From Anolis carolinensis (Eukaryota): a stretch of DNA of 64,000 bases. Location of the stretch: NCBI RefSeq assembly GCF_035594765.1, contig NC_085844.1, positions 171,074,107 to 171,138,106 of the forward strand, given 5' to 3'. Positions 23,597 through 36,678 of this stretch are shown piece after piece; within the stretch, counting starts at the first letter, position 1, and each line of letters opens with the position of its first letter. Below the pieces are notes generated by a model, which saw only the letters and a list, made by a program, of their open reading frames with translations, did no database searches and was not told the DNA's origin. The position numbers and the translations under genes were made by a program.

Positions 23597-23853
23597 GTAA
23601 TTACTGTATTTATGAATGTAGCACCAAAACACCACAATGTATTGAAAACATCGATTACAAAAACATTGACTACGAAAAAATTGACAACAAATAAAGACAG
23701 AATTGCATAAAATGACATTGTTGGAAGTTAAATCTGTAAAAAATTCAGTCCTTGCTGCCTAGAGAAACAGCTGTAGATACAGACAGGAGGCAGATTGCGC
23801 TATATAAGCCAGAACGTTGGATAAGCGAAGGTTGGATAAGCAAGACTTTACTG
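23597..23853. mobile_element. Tc1/mariner-pogo MITE fragment (CAGTAGAGTCTCACTTATCCAA family)
   Basis: Ends ttggataagcgaaggttggataagcaagactttactg-TA; homologous to 51975-52297. Confidence 0.75.
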
Positions 23854-26800
23854 TAGGTGCCAAAGTTTACAATCACAGGAGTTTTTAATGGTCACAGAGT
23901 GCAGCAGACCCCATCCCAATGAAATTAAGGACCACACATATTTCAATTCAATCCTTCATTCAATATAGTCCAAGCAGGAGATATAGCAAGATTTTCATCT
24001 GTCTATAAACAGTCAATAAAGATATTTCAACAGAATAGAGACAAAAGTGGGAGTTAATACATTTTAATGGGAACTATATGATCTAATAAGAGAATATAGT
24101 TTATTCAGACCTTTAGTAACAGATTCAAACCCCCATCTTTCCAACTAGCTGTTTATTTTTTCATAGTCGGAGACTTACCTTTTCATTATTTTTGTGTTAC
24201 ATTCTTTTCATATTTATGGCTAAAAAGCCTGTATGGGTGAGAAGCCTTGAAGGGGCAGGGTTTTTTTTTTCTGTTTCAGTAAAATCATCCTAAAATATGT
24301 CCTAAATTATCACGAACTAGAGCACCACATATTTGACAATTCATTAGCTATCATTACTCAAATTCAAACTAATGTTATGTGCGGGAACAGGGGAGGACAC
24401 TAAGAATTTGTCATTGTTTAATTATGTTAAATACTTGATCAATGTTTATTTCAAACATAAATACTTTTACAAAAAAGGGATGCTCCATGGATTAGCAAAG
24501 CATAATGTATCACCAGCAGATGAGGACATGTTTCAGGGAGAAAATATCAGGACAAAATATACAGACCAGCTCTTGAATATATTCAGCATTTACAGTGTAA
24601 TCCTATACATGTCTACTACAGAAGTCAATTTACACCCTGAACCTTACTCTCATGCAAACTGGTATAGGGTTGTGGTGAAAACATGAAAAATGTTGAGATC
24701 TTTCTGATCATTTATTGTAGTTTTTTAGTAAAGGTAATGGTATATCAATCATATCAAGTTGAACTGCCAGTTACATGCTATAGCTTAAAACAGGGCTTCT
24801 GCTTGCTGACTGTTCAAGTTGAAGTCACACCTAATTTAAAAAGAGAGTGCACTGCACCGGCGCTGCTTGACCTCTGTTTTTATATTAATGTCTAGTTTTA
24901 CAATACTAGGGAACCATTAACTACTGTGTCAGTCTTTCCCCTTCTTGTTTGGTTGTCCAACCATTTGCTAAGACTCCATTTTTCCTTCTCTTCTGGAAAA
25001 GAAACAAAGCATGCCAGAGATGAAGGACATGGGCAGCCACTGGTAGGGAATGCTTTGTTTATCAAAGGAACACAACAGGCCATCAGCTGTAAGCAAACAG
25101 GTGAGCAAGAATGGAGGGACAAGGAGGAAATATTAGTGTTTAGAAGAACGGTGTGATAGAGACAGAAAGAGTTCAGCTCCCAGCGCATTTAGTATATAAA
25201 ACACACTTCTGTCTTATATTGATTTCTATTATTCCATTGCTGGGGCTAACAAATGTCTTTCAGTTCCAATCTGTTTGGACTGAATTTCAGGACTGTACCC
25301 CCAATCAAGATTTCCTTTTCAACTCATTCTTTCCATTCTTTATGCCCAATGAAAGCTGGTCAAAAACCCTCCACAAAAAGTTTCTTGCAGCAGTTCTTTC
25401 TGTTGGTTCCAGACTTTTGAACACGAAGAACATATATCTACTAATCCAGGAAGTTTCCTGTGTACCCGGCACAATTCTAAAAGACCCCTTGTGTTTGAAA
25501 TGTGAAGAATAGGTTTTAAAGGTTGGTTGAACTGTAACACAGTACTATTTAGTCTGAAAATAATATAATACAGAGTTGTCACTTGGAAATTCTTGAAATA
25601 TCCGAGCAAGCAGGACAGATGCGACTTTGAATATGATGTATAAATTATGTATAGTAATATATGATCTAAATTAGATAGATAAGAAGAAAACTTTCATTTT
25701 CTTTTTGACTACAAAGAAAATAATCTGACGTTATGTTTGTAAGAGAGATGTTAAGGTTCTTATTTTTTGTCATGTTTTGAGGGAAAGTTATGCTTTTGAA
25801 GAAAGGCTTTTCTTTTCTTTTATTACCAAGTTTACTTTAAATGAAGGTCCTAAACTTTCATGTCACAGATTCAAAGACAGCCACTGCAATAGTAAGCTTT
25901 GGATATGTCTAGTAGAGAGGAGGGCGGAAAGGAAGGCAAAGAAAAGAAAGAGTAGTCAAGCAAACAAGAGAAAGAAACAATTCCATTGGGTTTTGTTATA
26001 TGAGGGCATACTACATAGATCAGAGGCTTTAAAAAAAATACAAACCCCCACTGTACACAAAGCACAGGAAAATGTGGTGGGGGAAAAGGAAAATCTAAAA
26101 GCAGCTTAGGATGTGTTAACTCTGCCATTCTGTCAGCTTAAAGAGTATTTTATGCTTGATCAACAGCTCCCTTTTATTATGCTTTCCTTTCATTCATTGA
26201 AGACATCAAAGAAGTGAGCCACCAGTGTACCTGATCTACTTGGAGAACTAGTAAGGGCGTTCTAAAGAAACGGGGATATTGGGAGCCAGACACCCCTGCG
26301 GACAAGCAAGTTCAAAGGGAATATTTCAACAATGATTACATTTTGTAAATCTTTTTTCTTCTCTCCTGCACGAAAGACAGCTTATTTCCTGCTTTTTCAT
26401 GAAAAATAGATTGTGCCCATTAAAGTAAGCTTGTGGAATGGAAGTTACTTGAGAGCTGAAGTACAGCAAGGGGATTAAGTGGAAAGCAAGATGAAATCTT
26501 TCAGAGACTTCCAAAGTGTTGCTTGCTATTTTGTTGTAAGACATCAAGGTTTTCTTAGTGGAATACAAATGCCCCGTCTCTACCTACCGGTACTTTGTTG
26601 GCAACGCTAAAGCATGCATAAAACGTAGGTTCCACCACCCTGATATTCTACATAGTAGAGATTAGTGTACTAAAAATCTACTTGATATCCTGAAAGTACA
26701 CAGTTAGTATATTTTAAATATCTGTAGTAGCTTTTCTCCACCTTTTATTATTTCTTGAAAGGTTTTCAGATTTTTTTCTACAGTAAAAGAATTCCCTCCT

Positions 26801-29800
26801 CCTTCCTGCCCAATTATACTGTTGAATACACCAGTCGGCATATTCCAAAAGACTTCTGCAGGAATTTAGCCGGGACACAGAAGATGGCACAATGAGATAG
26901 TGAACTTGCCAACATTTTGCGGATCCATTACGCTGGTAGTTTAATGACAAATTCGTATTTGATGAAGACGTGGATGTGTATCATTAATCAGAAAGAGAAA
27001 AGTCACAATTTGAAAGATAAGATGTGTCTGTCTATATCGCTGGAATTGGCCCTGGCTTTCTGAGGATGTATTAAATATGGATGATACTTTATGACCTGTA
27101 TGATGTCTGTTGTCAATCTTTTACATGCAACTCAATTTAAAATTGAATGTGCTTTTAATTATATATATAAATGAAGGCTTGATTTGAGCTAAATAGAAGT
27201 ATTACAGGCCATCACATGTACAGTACAAATACATTCCTCCATGTTTGCGAGTCCAGACATGCTTTACGTGACAGTTTTGTTTTGCTATCTATACATGTAT
27301 ACAAGGGGAAATATGTTCAAGACATGCTTTGGATATATGCCAGGGAACCCTGGCCAAACACAGCTCCCCTGACATATGTCCGTCACCTGCTTCTGAGAGT
27401 TGGAAATGTGTCTTCCCTTCACACTTTCCGTGTTTTATGAAAGTCTGGGATATAAAACTACCTCTTCCCTCCTTCCCTTTCCCCCCTCTTTTAACTCCCC
27501 TTTTTTTTGCAACAGAATTGTACTCAGAACAAAATGGTTTCCTGCTGTACCTGGCAAAGCTTTATGTCCAGTCCCATTGGAATGTATTTAAAAGTTCAAG
27601 TTCAGATATAAACCAAATAAAATGCTCCTTGGGAGCCTAGAGCCAGCCTTCATTTACATGTGATCTCTCTGAACTTCTCTTGTGCTAGCTTGCTCTGTTT
27701 CCAGGGCCCACCAAAGGAATGTTCTGCAGTTACAGCCTGCAGTGCTTTCTCAGGCATTTGAGACCCAGAGGCACAAGTTTCAAGCTGGAGTTATTAAAAG
27801 TTTCCACTTATCTAAAGCAGTCAGAAAAGGAGGGTACAAGGTACAACAATATATCCCTAATTATTTACATATAGCATTATACTTAAAGTATTATTGTTGT
27901 TGTTATTTCTTTAAAGGGACATAATTTATCCCAACAATCTCAGTATTGTAATATGGGCTTTCACCACCTCTTTGTTCTTCTTAGCACTTTCCCCATTTGC
28001 AAAAATCCTATTGTTAGTCGTCTCTCAAGACTGTACTTGCAGTTTTATTTAGTTTAAACCGCAATCTGGGTTCCTGAAGGAAGTTAACTACAACAGACCT
28101 GTTTATTGTGCATCTCAAGGGGATGACATGGAAAAATGTTGAAATGTGTAAAATATAGCTATTGTTCTTTTCTAAATAATTGCCAAGTGCCCACCATAAA
28201 CACTATTATGCAGATATAGGAGAAAAATGCTTCTTTAATTGTCTAACCATGAAACGGACCCCACTCCTACCTCCAAAATGGATCAAGAGAGATTTGAAAA
28301 TATCAGATAATACTGAAAGTATATCTCAAAATGCACTTTGCTGTATAAAATCTGAGTTTTACTACAGTTGCAGATCAATTGCTTATCACCTTTCTTAGAG
28401 GAAAGATATTGTGTTATTTCCAATATTACATTGACATGAAGCAATGCTGATTTAATTGCAAGTGACAGTAAATACACACATACACCCTCAATCACACTTG
28501 AGAAAATACCTTAGTAAGCAATGGCCTCTCCTTGTCTGTGGCTACGATTTTAGTATCAGTTATAATGACTTCAGTGCATACTTTAAGAATTAGTCTGAAT
28601 TGTTTATTATGATATCTTTTCTATTATAAGATGATTATGCTAAAATACATGAGACTACAGTATTCACTGTCAAAAAAGGAAAGTCTGGATGACACACAGC
28701 TACTTCATATAATTAATTTTTGTCATTTAACCAAAGATGATATTTATCCCACTTTTATACTTTTATATATATTTTATATTTTTGTATATATATTTATACT
28801 TAAAGCTAAAATGGAGTGAATGTGTTCTTGAATACGTCTTGATTTTCTTATCAGAATGATACAACTATTTGACTGTCAGAGAACTAGTGCTTGCACTGAG
28901 AGTAGGTATTTTGTAAAGTAAATGGATATTAATTCAAGAACAGGACATCACAAAATACTTTGCATTAAAACAGTCACAACTCCCAAGAATGCACTGTTTC
29001 TGGGGGAAATCCAGTTCTCCCCAGCTAACACAGGATTGCATCTAAGCTGAAATGCAATCTTCTTTTTTTTCTATTACCTTCTAGCTTCTCAAACATTGTC
29101 TGTTCTAGTGAGTCGTATTTTCTTTTTTTATAAAATAATCTTTATTTTGAATTTTGATATATAGATTTAAAAAATGTTTTCTCATGGTATGTACAAAGTA
29201 TAGCACTCTCAATTTAGTCATCTTGGCTTCTCAGAGATTCAAGGCTTGATTTACTTCAGGACCCATTTATTTGTTTCTTAGCGGCAACAAACTGCACACA
29301 GATGCAGGAATAGAGCTGGATGCATCATTGTGTCCCTTGCTCTCTGGCTACTTAGAAATGGCTGTAGGGGGACGTGTGATTTAAAAAGCAGGCCGGGTTG
29401 GAGGGAAATAGCATTAGGAGATATAGCTTCAAGATGTCTCCCAATGCAAGATGTTGGCTACAGTTAAGCATCCAAAGCAAAGGGCAGGCACAGTGACCAA
29501 AGGAATGTGAACACAGCAAATATAAATGTTCTATGTGAGAATAAATTACAATATCTCACTATGAAATGCTAGAAATTCAGGAATAGAAGGAAAACTTCAT
29601 TGTAGGAACAAAATTCCTATGAGGAGTTATAGTGCTTTCAATTTTATGTCATCCTTCCCCCAATACCTATTTTCTGGAACATAGAGAAAAAGTGAAAGAA
29701 ATCTAGCTTTTTGCCATATTTCTGATTTTGCACAGAAGTCCATCCATTTCATTAAGGAATAAACTAGTTGTTAAATCACTGTGAACAAGTCACCCAAAGG

Positions 29801-30993
29801 GCAAAATGACTTCGAATTCCCTTTGACCCAAAAATGAACTTCTATTTTCTTTCATTGCTTCTAGCTGAATCCAGGCCATGCAATTAATCTAATCTTATAC
29901 AATTTCTGGGTCCAACATTCCTGGCCCCCTTAGCTTTGCCTAGACAGCAACAATATGCAGAGCTTTCTGAGATGAACGAAGCCGAGTCTCACATTACGCT
30001 GCAGTGACCCTCTGGCCGGGATAGAAAAATGGCTAGAGGAGCCCAACACAGCTGTCCTTGGTGAACAAAGGACACCGCATTGAATATCCTGGAACACAAT
30101 GAAAACATAGACAGTATTGAGGGGCTGGATCTGGAGAGTCATCCATGAAAGACAATTAAAGTCAAGGACAATTTGCAAAAGCAAACTTCAACTGAAGAAA
30201 TACTAAAGAAAGGTAACCATTTTTAATGAATTTGAACCATCATTTAATTAAAAACTCTCAGGAAATTTAATTAGTCACCCTTCATGCAATTAATGATTAT
30301 TTTTGCACACCTTCCTTTTCATTAAATAAAATAGTCTGGAAAAGGGGTATGGATATTGATGCTTTTAAATATTGGTTTGCATTTTTTTTAAAAAAAAAAG
30401 TTGTGTCTTGTGGGAACCAGTGGAAGGGAAGTGGGATTTTCCACCCTGGAATGCAGGAGAATAAAAGATTCCCACTCAAAATACAGGTTGCTGAGATACA
30501 GTTTATGAAAATATCTTTACTGAAAACCATTTACAAGAATTATAGATCCTGCTACTGAATTTCCTGGACAGAACTAAGAGTAGACATACTTATTTTCTTT
30601 TGAATTCTTGTCGATTGTTTAGTTCTAATCGTTCTATGCTACCTTTACTAAAATACTATTTGAGCTGCATTTTTCCTAACCATTGGTATTTCATTTTATC
30701 TCATTTGGCTTGATCTGCAAATGGATTAGAGAATATTTATTGATGGGTAGGCGCATACACACACAAACACATAATATCAATCAATGATTTACTTAGAAGC
30801 AAGCCCTATTGAATTCAATGAGTGCTTACTTCCAAGAAAAGGTCAATACAATTAGTTGGCCCTCTGTAACCATGGGGTTCTGCATCCATAGACAACTTAA
30901 ACATTTTTTAAAAATCCAAAAAAACCCCCAAAAACCCAGACTTTGATTTTTCAGTGACCCAAGCATTGTACCGATGTGTCATGATAATCTTCT

Positions 30994-30994
30994 A

Positions 30995-31053
<59 letters not shown>
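30994..31053. repeat. (ATT)n microsatellite, tail of an adjacent minus-strand L2-like 3' end (31054-31145)
   Basis: Followed by ttctcacccctagggggactcaaagcggtttaca (reverse of the L2-type stem-loop). Confidence 0.8.
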
Positions 31054-31055
<2 letters not shown>

Positions 31056-31149
31056 AACTGCATTTCTATACTGCTTTTCTCACCCCTAGGGGGACTCAAA
31101 GCGGTTTACAACATAATAAATGGCAAAATTCAATGCCTTACATATATAT

Positions 31150-31807
31150 AAAAGTGCCCAGCCACGCGTTGCTGTGGCGAAGTATGGTGGTATGGGAAAT
31201 AAAGTATAGAGGAATTGGTGGTAGTTAAGGTAAAGGGTAAAGGTTTTACCTTACATTAAGTCCATTATAAATGGGTTATATAGCTGTTTGGAAGGGCCTT
31301 GAGTCTACACTGCCATATAATCCAGTTAAAATCAGATAATCTGTATTTTATAGGCAGTGTGGAAGAGGCCTAAGTGAGGCCTAACTCTGCCTGTCCCCTG
31401 GGCTGAGTGGGTTGCTAGGAGACCAAGTGGATAAAAACTATTGGATAAAAAAATTGGATAAAAACAATTATTCCTCTCCCTCTAATTAGGACTTTATTTT
31501 TCTTTTCTTTTTGTTGTATGAATGTAGAGGTATGGATGAGGGATTGTGCTGCCAAGTTTAGTGTTTCTGGGATGTGTAGTTTTGTTGTTTTGTCCTAGGC
31601 TGAAATTTCATTACCCTTTTATATATATAGACTAACTGTGCCCGGCCACGCGTTGCTGTGGCTGGGACTTTATTTTTCTTTTCTTTTTGTTGTATGAATG
31701 TAGAGGCGTGGATGAGAGGTTGTGCTGTCAATTTTCGAGGTTGTGGGGCATTTAGTTTAGTTGTTTTGTCCGGTGCCGTGATTCCATTACCCTTTTATAT
31801 ATATAGA
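31150..31807 (-). mobile_element. Two head-to-tail non-autonomous Helitrons (about 31150-31631 and 31632-31807)
   Basis: Both start with minus-strand 5' TCTATATATATAAAAGGGTAATG and carry the 3' hairpin gccacagcaacgcgtggc. The second ends TTAG (CTAG variant); the extreme 3' end of the first is truncated. Confidence 0.8.
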
Positions 31808-32829
31808 TATCCCATATCTAAATCAAAAACATGCAAACTGTAGAATAAAACCATTAAAACTATAAAAACATCAAACATAGACATATGCATGAAACATGTT
31901 ATTACAGCAATTAACATAGATCCCTTCTCTTCCCCCACCACCATCCCTCATCTCTCTCTCCATAGAGCTTCAACCTTTCTATATATACCCTCCCTGCTTC
32001 CCCCAGGGAGCAAGATGGTGGAGGCCCTCAATGGCTGAGACCTCCCACAGGCATGGTCCTTTTATGCCCCAGCCTCTGGAGACAGGCAGGTGTTCTTGCT
32101 GGGCCTGGCTTCGCAGAGTCACAGGGCCAGGGCCTCAGTTTGGCGAGGAGTGAGTTCCAGGAGCTGAGCCAGAGGCAATGAAGAAAACAATGGCCGCCTC
32201 TTTCCTCAAAGCCCCTGGTGATGGTTCCTTCATTCCCTTGATGGTCCTATCTCTCTCTTTTATTACAAAAGTCAACATGTAATTAAACTAGTATTCTACT
32301 TTAAAAAACACAAATTAGATATGGAGGTTAAAACCAATTTTAAAAACACTTATTAAAATTGAAACACCCCGCTTCCTTCAACTGCAGTGCCTTCTGCTAC
32401 AACATATTAAAAATCAAATGCCTCTTTAAACAAAAACAAAAAACCCAGTATTTACCTGCCAGTAGAAAGACAGTAGGGAAGGACCACTTTGACATTTTGG
32501 GGAAAGGAGTTCCACAACTTGGGAGGAGCCATCAAAAAGGCTCTCTGCAGAGTCCTTACCAGGCACCTCTGATGGTTTTGAGACTGAGAGAAAGTTTTTC
32601 CCTGCAGATCTTGAAACTCATTATTGCAAATTATTGTAAAATATATTATAATACTCCATTACAGATCCAAAAATATTATAGAATGAAAAAAACAAAAAAA
32701 CTGGAATCTGTATATTAGTGATGTGCTCAGAAAGCATGTAATGTAGCCAATGAACTAATGAATAGCTGCAGTAACAAAATGAAAGAACGATCACTTCTTT
32801 TGATTTAGTTCTTTGAAAGGACTGAATTT

Positions 32830-33312
32830 TTTTTTATTTACAGTATTTATATTCTGCCCTTCTCACCCTGAAGGGGACTCAGGGTGGATCACAATGTGCA
32901 TATATATGGCAAACATTCAATGCCATTAGACAAACAACACACAGACAAACACAGAGGATATTTAACTTTTCCGCTTCTGGCTTTATGAGGGTATGCTCAA
33001 TTCCGGCCACAGGAGGAGCTGCTGCTTCATCATCCACTGTGACAATGAGTCCTTTTGATGGAGTACTTCCTCATCCGGCATGCATGCTGCTGGATGTTTT
33101 TATGGTGTTGTAAATTAGTTAAATTGGTCTCTCCGCATAAGCAGTCCCAAAATTTTCCTACTTGACAGATGCAACTGTCTTTCGGGTTGCTTAGGTAAAC
33201 AACGAGCTGGGGCTATTTAACAGTCAGGCACTCAATCCGATTCGGGCTTTGAACTCAAGACCAGTAGTGATTTAATGCAGTAGACTACTAACCAGCTGCA
33301 CCACAGCCCGGC
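32830..33312 (-). mobile_element. tRNA-headed SINE with L2-like tail
   Basis: Minus 5' gccgggctgtggtgcagctggttagtag; 3' ccctgagtccccttcagggtgagaagggcagaatataaatactgtaaataaa; homologous to 48467-48955. Confidence 0.85.
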
Positions 33313-34448
33313 GCAGGGAGCCACACACACCTATGTGTTTATTCATCTTCAAAACTCGTGATTTTGAATATTGTTCATTATTTCATATGCTTAAATAAAA
33401 TGTTTGAAATGTCAGATCTTGCGGGCACTTCAATTGGCAAGAAATGACTTACTAACATTTGTGGTTTGTTGCAATCTTACACATACACTGGAATTGAAGA
33501 TACACAGTGTGGCAGCATGATAGAGAAAGCCGAGGGGATTCGAGCTTTTAAATTCTCCTGAGAGTGATAACGTTTTTACCTTTGTCCACACTATTCAGAA
33601 AAGGGCAGATCCCTTCTTTTAAAAAATAGGAGTTAAACTACGTTACTTACATTGACCCATGGATAAGTTGGCCCTTATGTTTTCACTAAAATTTCTGGAC
33701 TTATATATGAGTATATATAGAAATTATAATACTAAAACATTAGCCTAAGTTAGAAGAGAGGAGTCCTGAATTTTACATATTAACAGAAGAAAGGTGCTCT
33801 TGAATCCTTGAAAAATAATCAATATGGTGTGAACAATACTATTTTTACAAGAATGGTTTTTAGACTATAACTGCATCTACTGCCTGCCAAGAAAATGGCT
33901 ATTTTGACCTTTGTCCTCTCTTCACCATGAAAGATGAAAGTCACTCCGTTTCTTTTGCACATATATTTTAAAACAGAATATAAGCATTGATTTTTTTTAA
34001 AAAAAAAAAAAGAAGGGGGGAGAATTCATTGCAAATATCAACTAACTGCAGTTACAGAAGTTAATAGCCCTGACTTCCCAGTGGAGCCTGAATTTTGCAG
34101 CACTTTTCCTCTCCCACAGACACCAGAAATCTTTGTAAATGTATATGAAATATGGGCCATATTAGTACATTTTAAAAATTAATCAAAGATATTTTTAAAA
34201 ACTGCATAGCCTGCATATTCATAGTCAATGATTTATAAATATGCTTTACTTTGCTCCTTATGTAATATATTACCCCACTTTAGACATCTTTGCTCAGCTG
34301 GTCAAAATCATTCCCATTTTTATATATAGCATGTGGTAAAGATTTTCCCCAAGATCTATTAAAATCTACAATTTTTACCAAATTGTTCTTTGGTGATAGA
34401 AGTATACAGCTTACAGATGGCGAGTCCCATCACTTGCCAATATATATA

Positions 34449-35125
34449 AAAGCTTCTAGACAGCGCCAAAATCTGTGCCAAAGCAGGTTTAAGAAACCTA
34501 CTTTGGCGCAGATTCCCATCCCCACTCTCCCCCCAAAAAACCAGGCTTTCCCAGGAAGGGTGAGTACATGCCATCTCAGTAACAATCAGGATGGCATGAA
34601 ACCACCCCAAAGACCCCCCCCCCCCAAAAAAAAACCCTTAAAACTTTTAAAAACTTACCTGGCTGCCATTAAGGTTCTCCTTGAGTCCTCATGTCATGAG
34701 GAAATAAAATACCAGGAAGGTGGGAAGTGAGGAGGAAAGTCCCATTCCCCCATGTGTCCTGTAGGATGCAGGGAGGACCCTAATGGCTGCCCGATAAGTT
34801 TTAAAAAAAAGTTTTAAGGGTTGTTTGGGGAGCTGGGGGAGGGGTTGGCTACCATTCCAGACCTTTGGGAGCCCAAAAGGTTTGGGATAGCAAATGGGAC
34901 TCACCCGTGGGTAGTCTTGGAACTACCTAGTAGTGAGTCCCCACAGGCCCAATACCCCATTAGACCTGGGCCTTTTAGAAAGGCCCGGATCTAATGGGGT
35001 ATTTGATTTATTTGGAATAACTGAGGTTATTCCAAACTAATTTTTTTTTTACTGGGGGAGTCGTTTGGACGACCCCGGTAAAATCCCAGACAGGTCTCGC
35101 ATTTTGAGCCTGTCTGGATAGGCTC
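34449..35125. mobile_element. PIF/Harbinger-type MITE with multiple internal inverted repeats
   Basis: Ends gcttctagacagcgcc / gagcctgtctggataggctc; internal hairpins such as aataccccattagacctgggcc..aggcccggatctaatggggtatt. Confidence 0.55.
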
Positions 35126-35278
35126 TAAGTAGCTTCTCCTAGCTCAGTTCCTCCAAATCAGATGGAAAGATTCAACTATGTTCTGATCATTGGCATTCTG
35201 ATCTCCTTTTCTCCTGTACGTGATGCCTGGTGAAATAGGTTGGGGGTATTCATGGTAATAGAGTCAAAATTATGACTT

Positions 35279-36678
35279 TAGGTGTACTGTAAATTTAATG
35301 CAGTTTGACACTACATGAATTGCCATGCCTCAATGCTGTGGAATCATGGGAGTTGTCATTCTACAAGGTCTTTAGCTTTCTCTGCCAAAGAATGCTGGTG
35401 CCTCACCAAACCATACATCCCATGATTTCATAGCATCAAGCCAATGTAGTTAAGGTAGTGTCAAACCGTGGACAGCGAGTGGAGAGGGGAGGCCTGGTCT
35501 CTGAGAGGTCCCCTCTACATTGTGGGGTTCCTCAGGGGGCCATTCTCTCCCCTCTGTTGTTTAACATCTATATGCGACCACTTGCTCAGCTGGTCCGAGA
35601 TTTCGGGCTCGAGTGTTATCAATACGCTGACGACACTCAGCTTGTGTTAAAGATGGAGGGCCGACCGGAGTCTGTACCCGACAGTTTTCATCAGTGCCTC
35701 GAGGCCATTATTGGATGGTTGCGTTCCAGTAGGTTGAGGGTGAATCCAGCAAAGACGGAGATCCTATGGCTGGTCCGACCGGGCAGTGTGGATATCCAGT
35801 TGCCAACCTTGGATGGCGAAGTGCTACGCCCGTCTTTACTGGTAAAGAGTCTGGGAGTCCTCTTGGACCCTTCATTGACGATGGAGGCCCGGGTCTCCGC
35901 CGTTACCAAAACTGCCTTTTTTCATCTTCGGCAGGCTAGACGGCTAGCCCCCTATCTGTCTAGGGACAACCTGGCTACGGTGATCCAGGCTACAGTCATC
36001 TCGAGACTGGATTACTGTAATGCCCTTTACATTGGCCTTCCTGTGTCGGTGATCCGGAAGCTCAAATTGGTGCAAAATGCAGCTGCCCGGCTCCTTGCAG
36101 GAGTCCCGATAAGATGCCACATAACACCAATCTTACGGCAGCTGCACTGGTTACCAATTGAGCACCGGATCACTTTCAAAGTGATGGTGCTTACCTTCAA
36201 GGCCTTATATGGTCTAGGGCCGATGTACCTGAGGGACCGCCTCACTCCCTACAAACCCCAGAGATCCCTCCGTTCTGAGGACCAAGACCTGTTGGAAGTC
36301 GCCAGTTTTAAGACTTTGCATCTAACTGCAACCAGACGCAGAGCCTTTTCAGTAGTGGCGCCATCTCTCTGGAACACCTTGCCACCTGAAGTTCGTGCCT
36401 TGCGGGACTTGTTGGCCTTCCGCAGGGCATGTAAGACACACCTGTTTCAACAGGCTTTTGAGTTCTGTTGTTGATGTTTTAAAAGGTGCTTTTAGGATTT
36501 TTTTTTAAAGATGTTTTTTTAAGATTTTTTTTAAAGATGTTTTTAAGATGTTTTTTAAATTGTTGATGTTAGCCGGTTCTTGTAAGCCGCTCCGAGCCCT
36601 AGGGGAGTGGCGGCATATAAGCTCGAAAAATAAATAAATAAATAAAACTGCCTTAACTCTATAGTATAGATGCACCCT
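35279..36678. mobile_element. Palindromic Harbinger-type MITE split by an L2 insertion (35279-35467 plus 36648-36678)
   Basis: gcagtttgacac..tgccatg..caatgctgtggaatcatggg / cccatgatttcatagcat..gtgtcaaac|tgcc..tagatgcaccc. Confidence 0.7.
35468..36646 (+). mobile_element. 5'-truncated L2 LINE with uninterrupted RT C-terminal ORF (to 36474)
   Basis: GVPQGAILSPLLFNIY, YADD, SRLDYCN, LHWLP motifs; 3' stem-loop gccgctccgagccctaggggagtggcggc; (TAAA)n tail. Confidence 0.95.
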
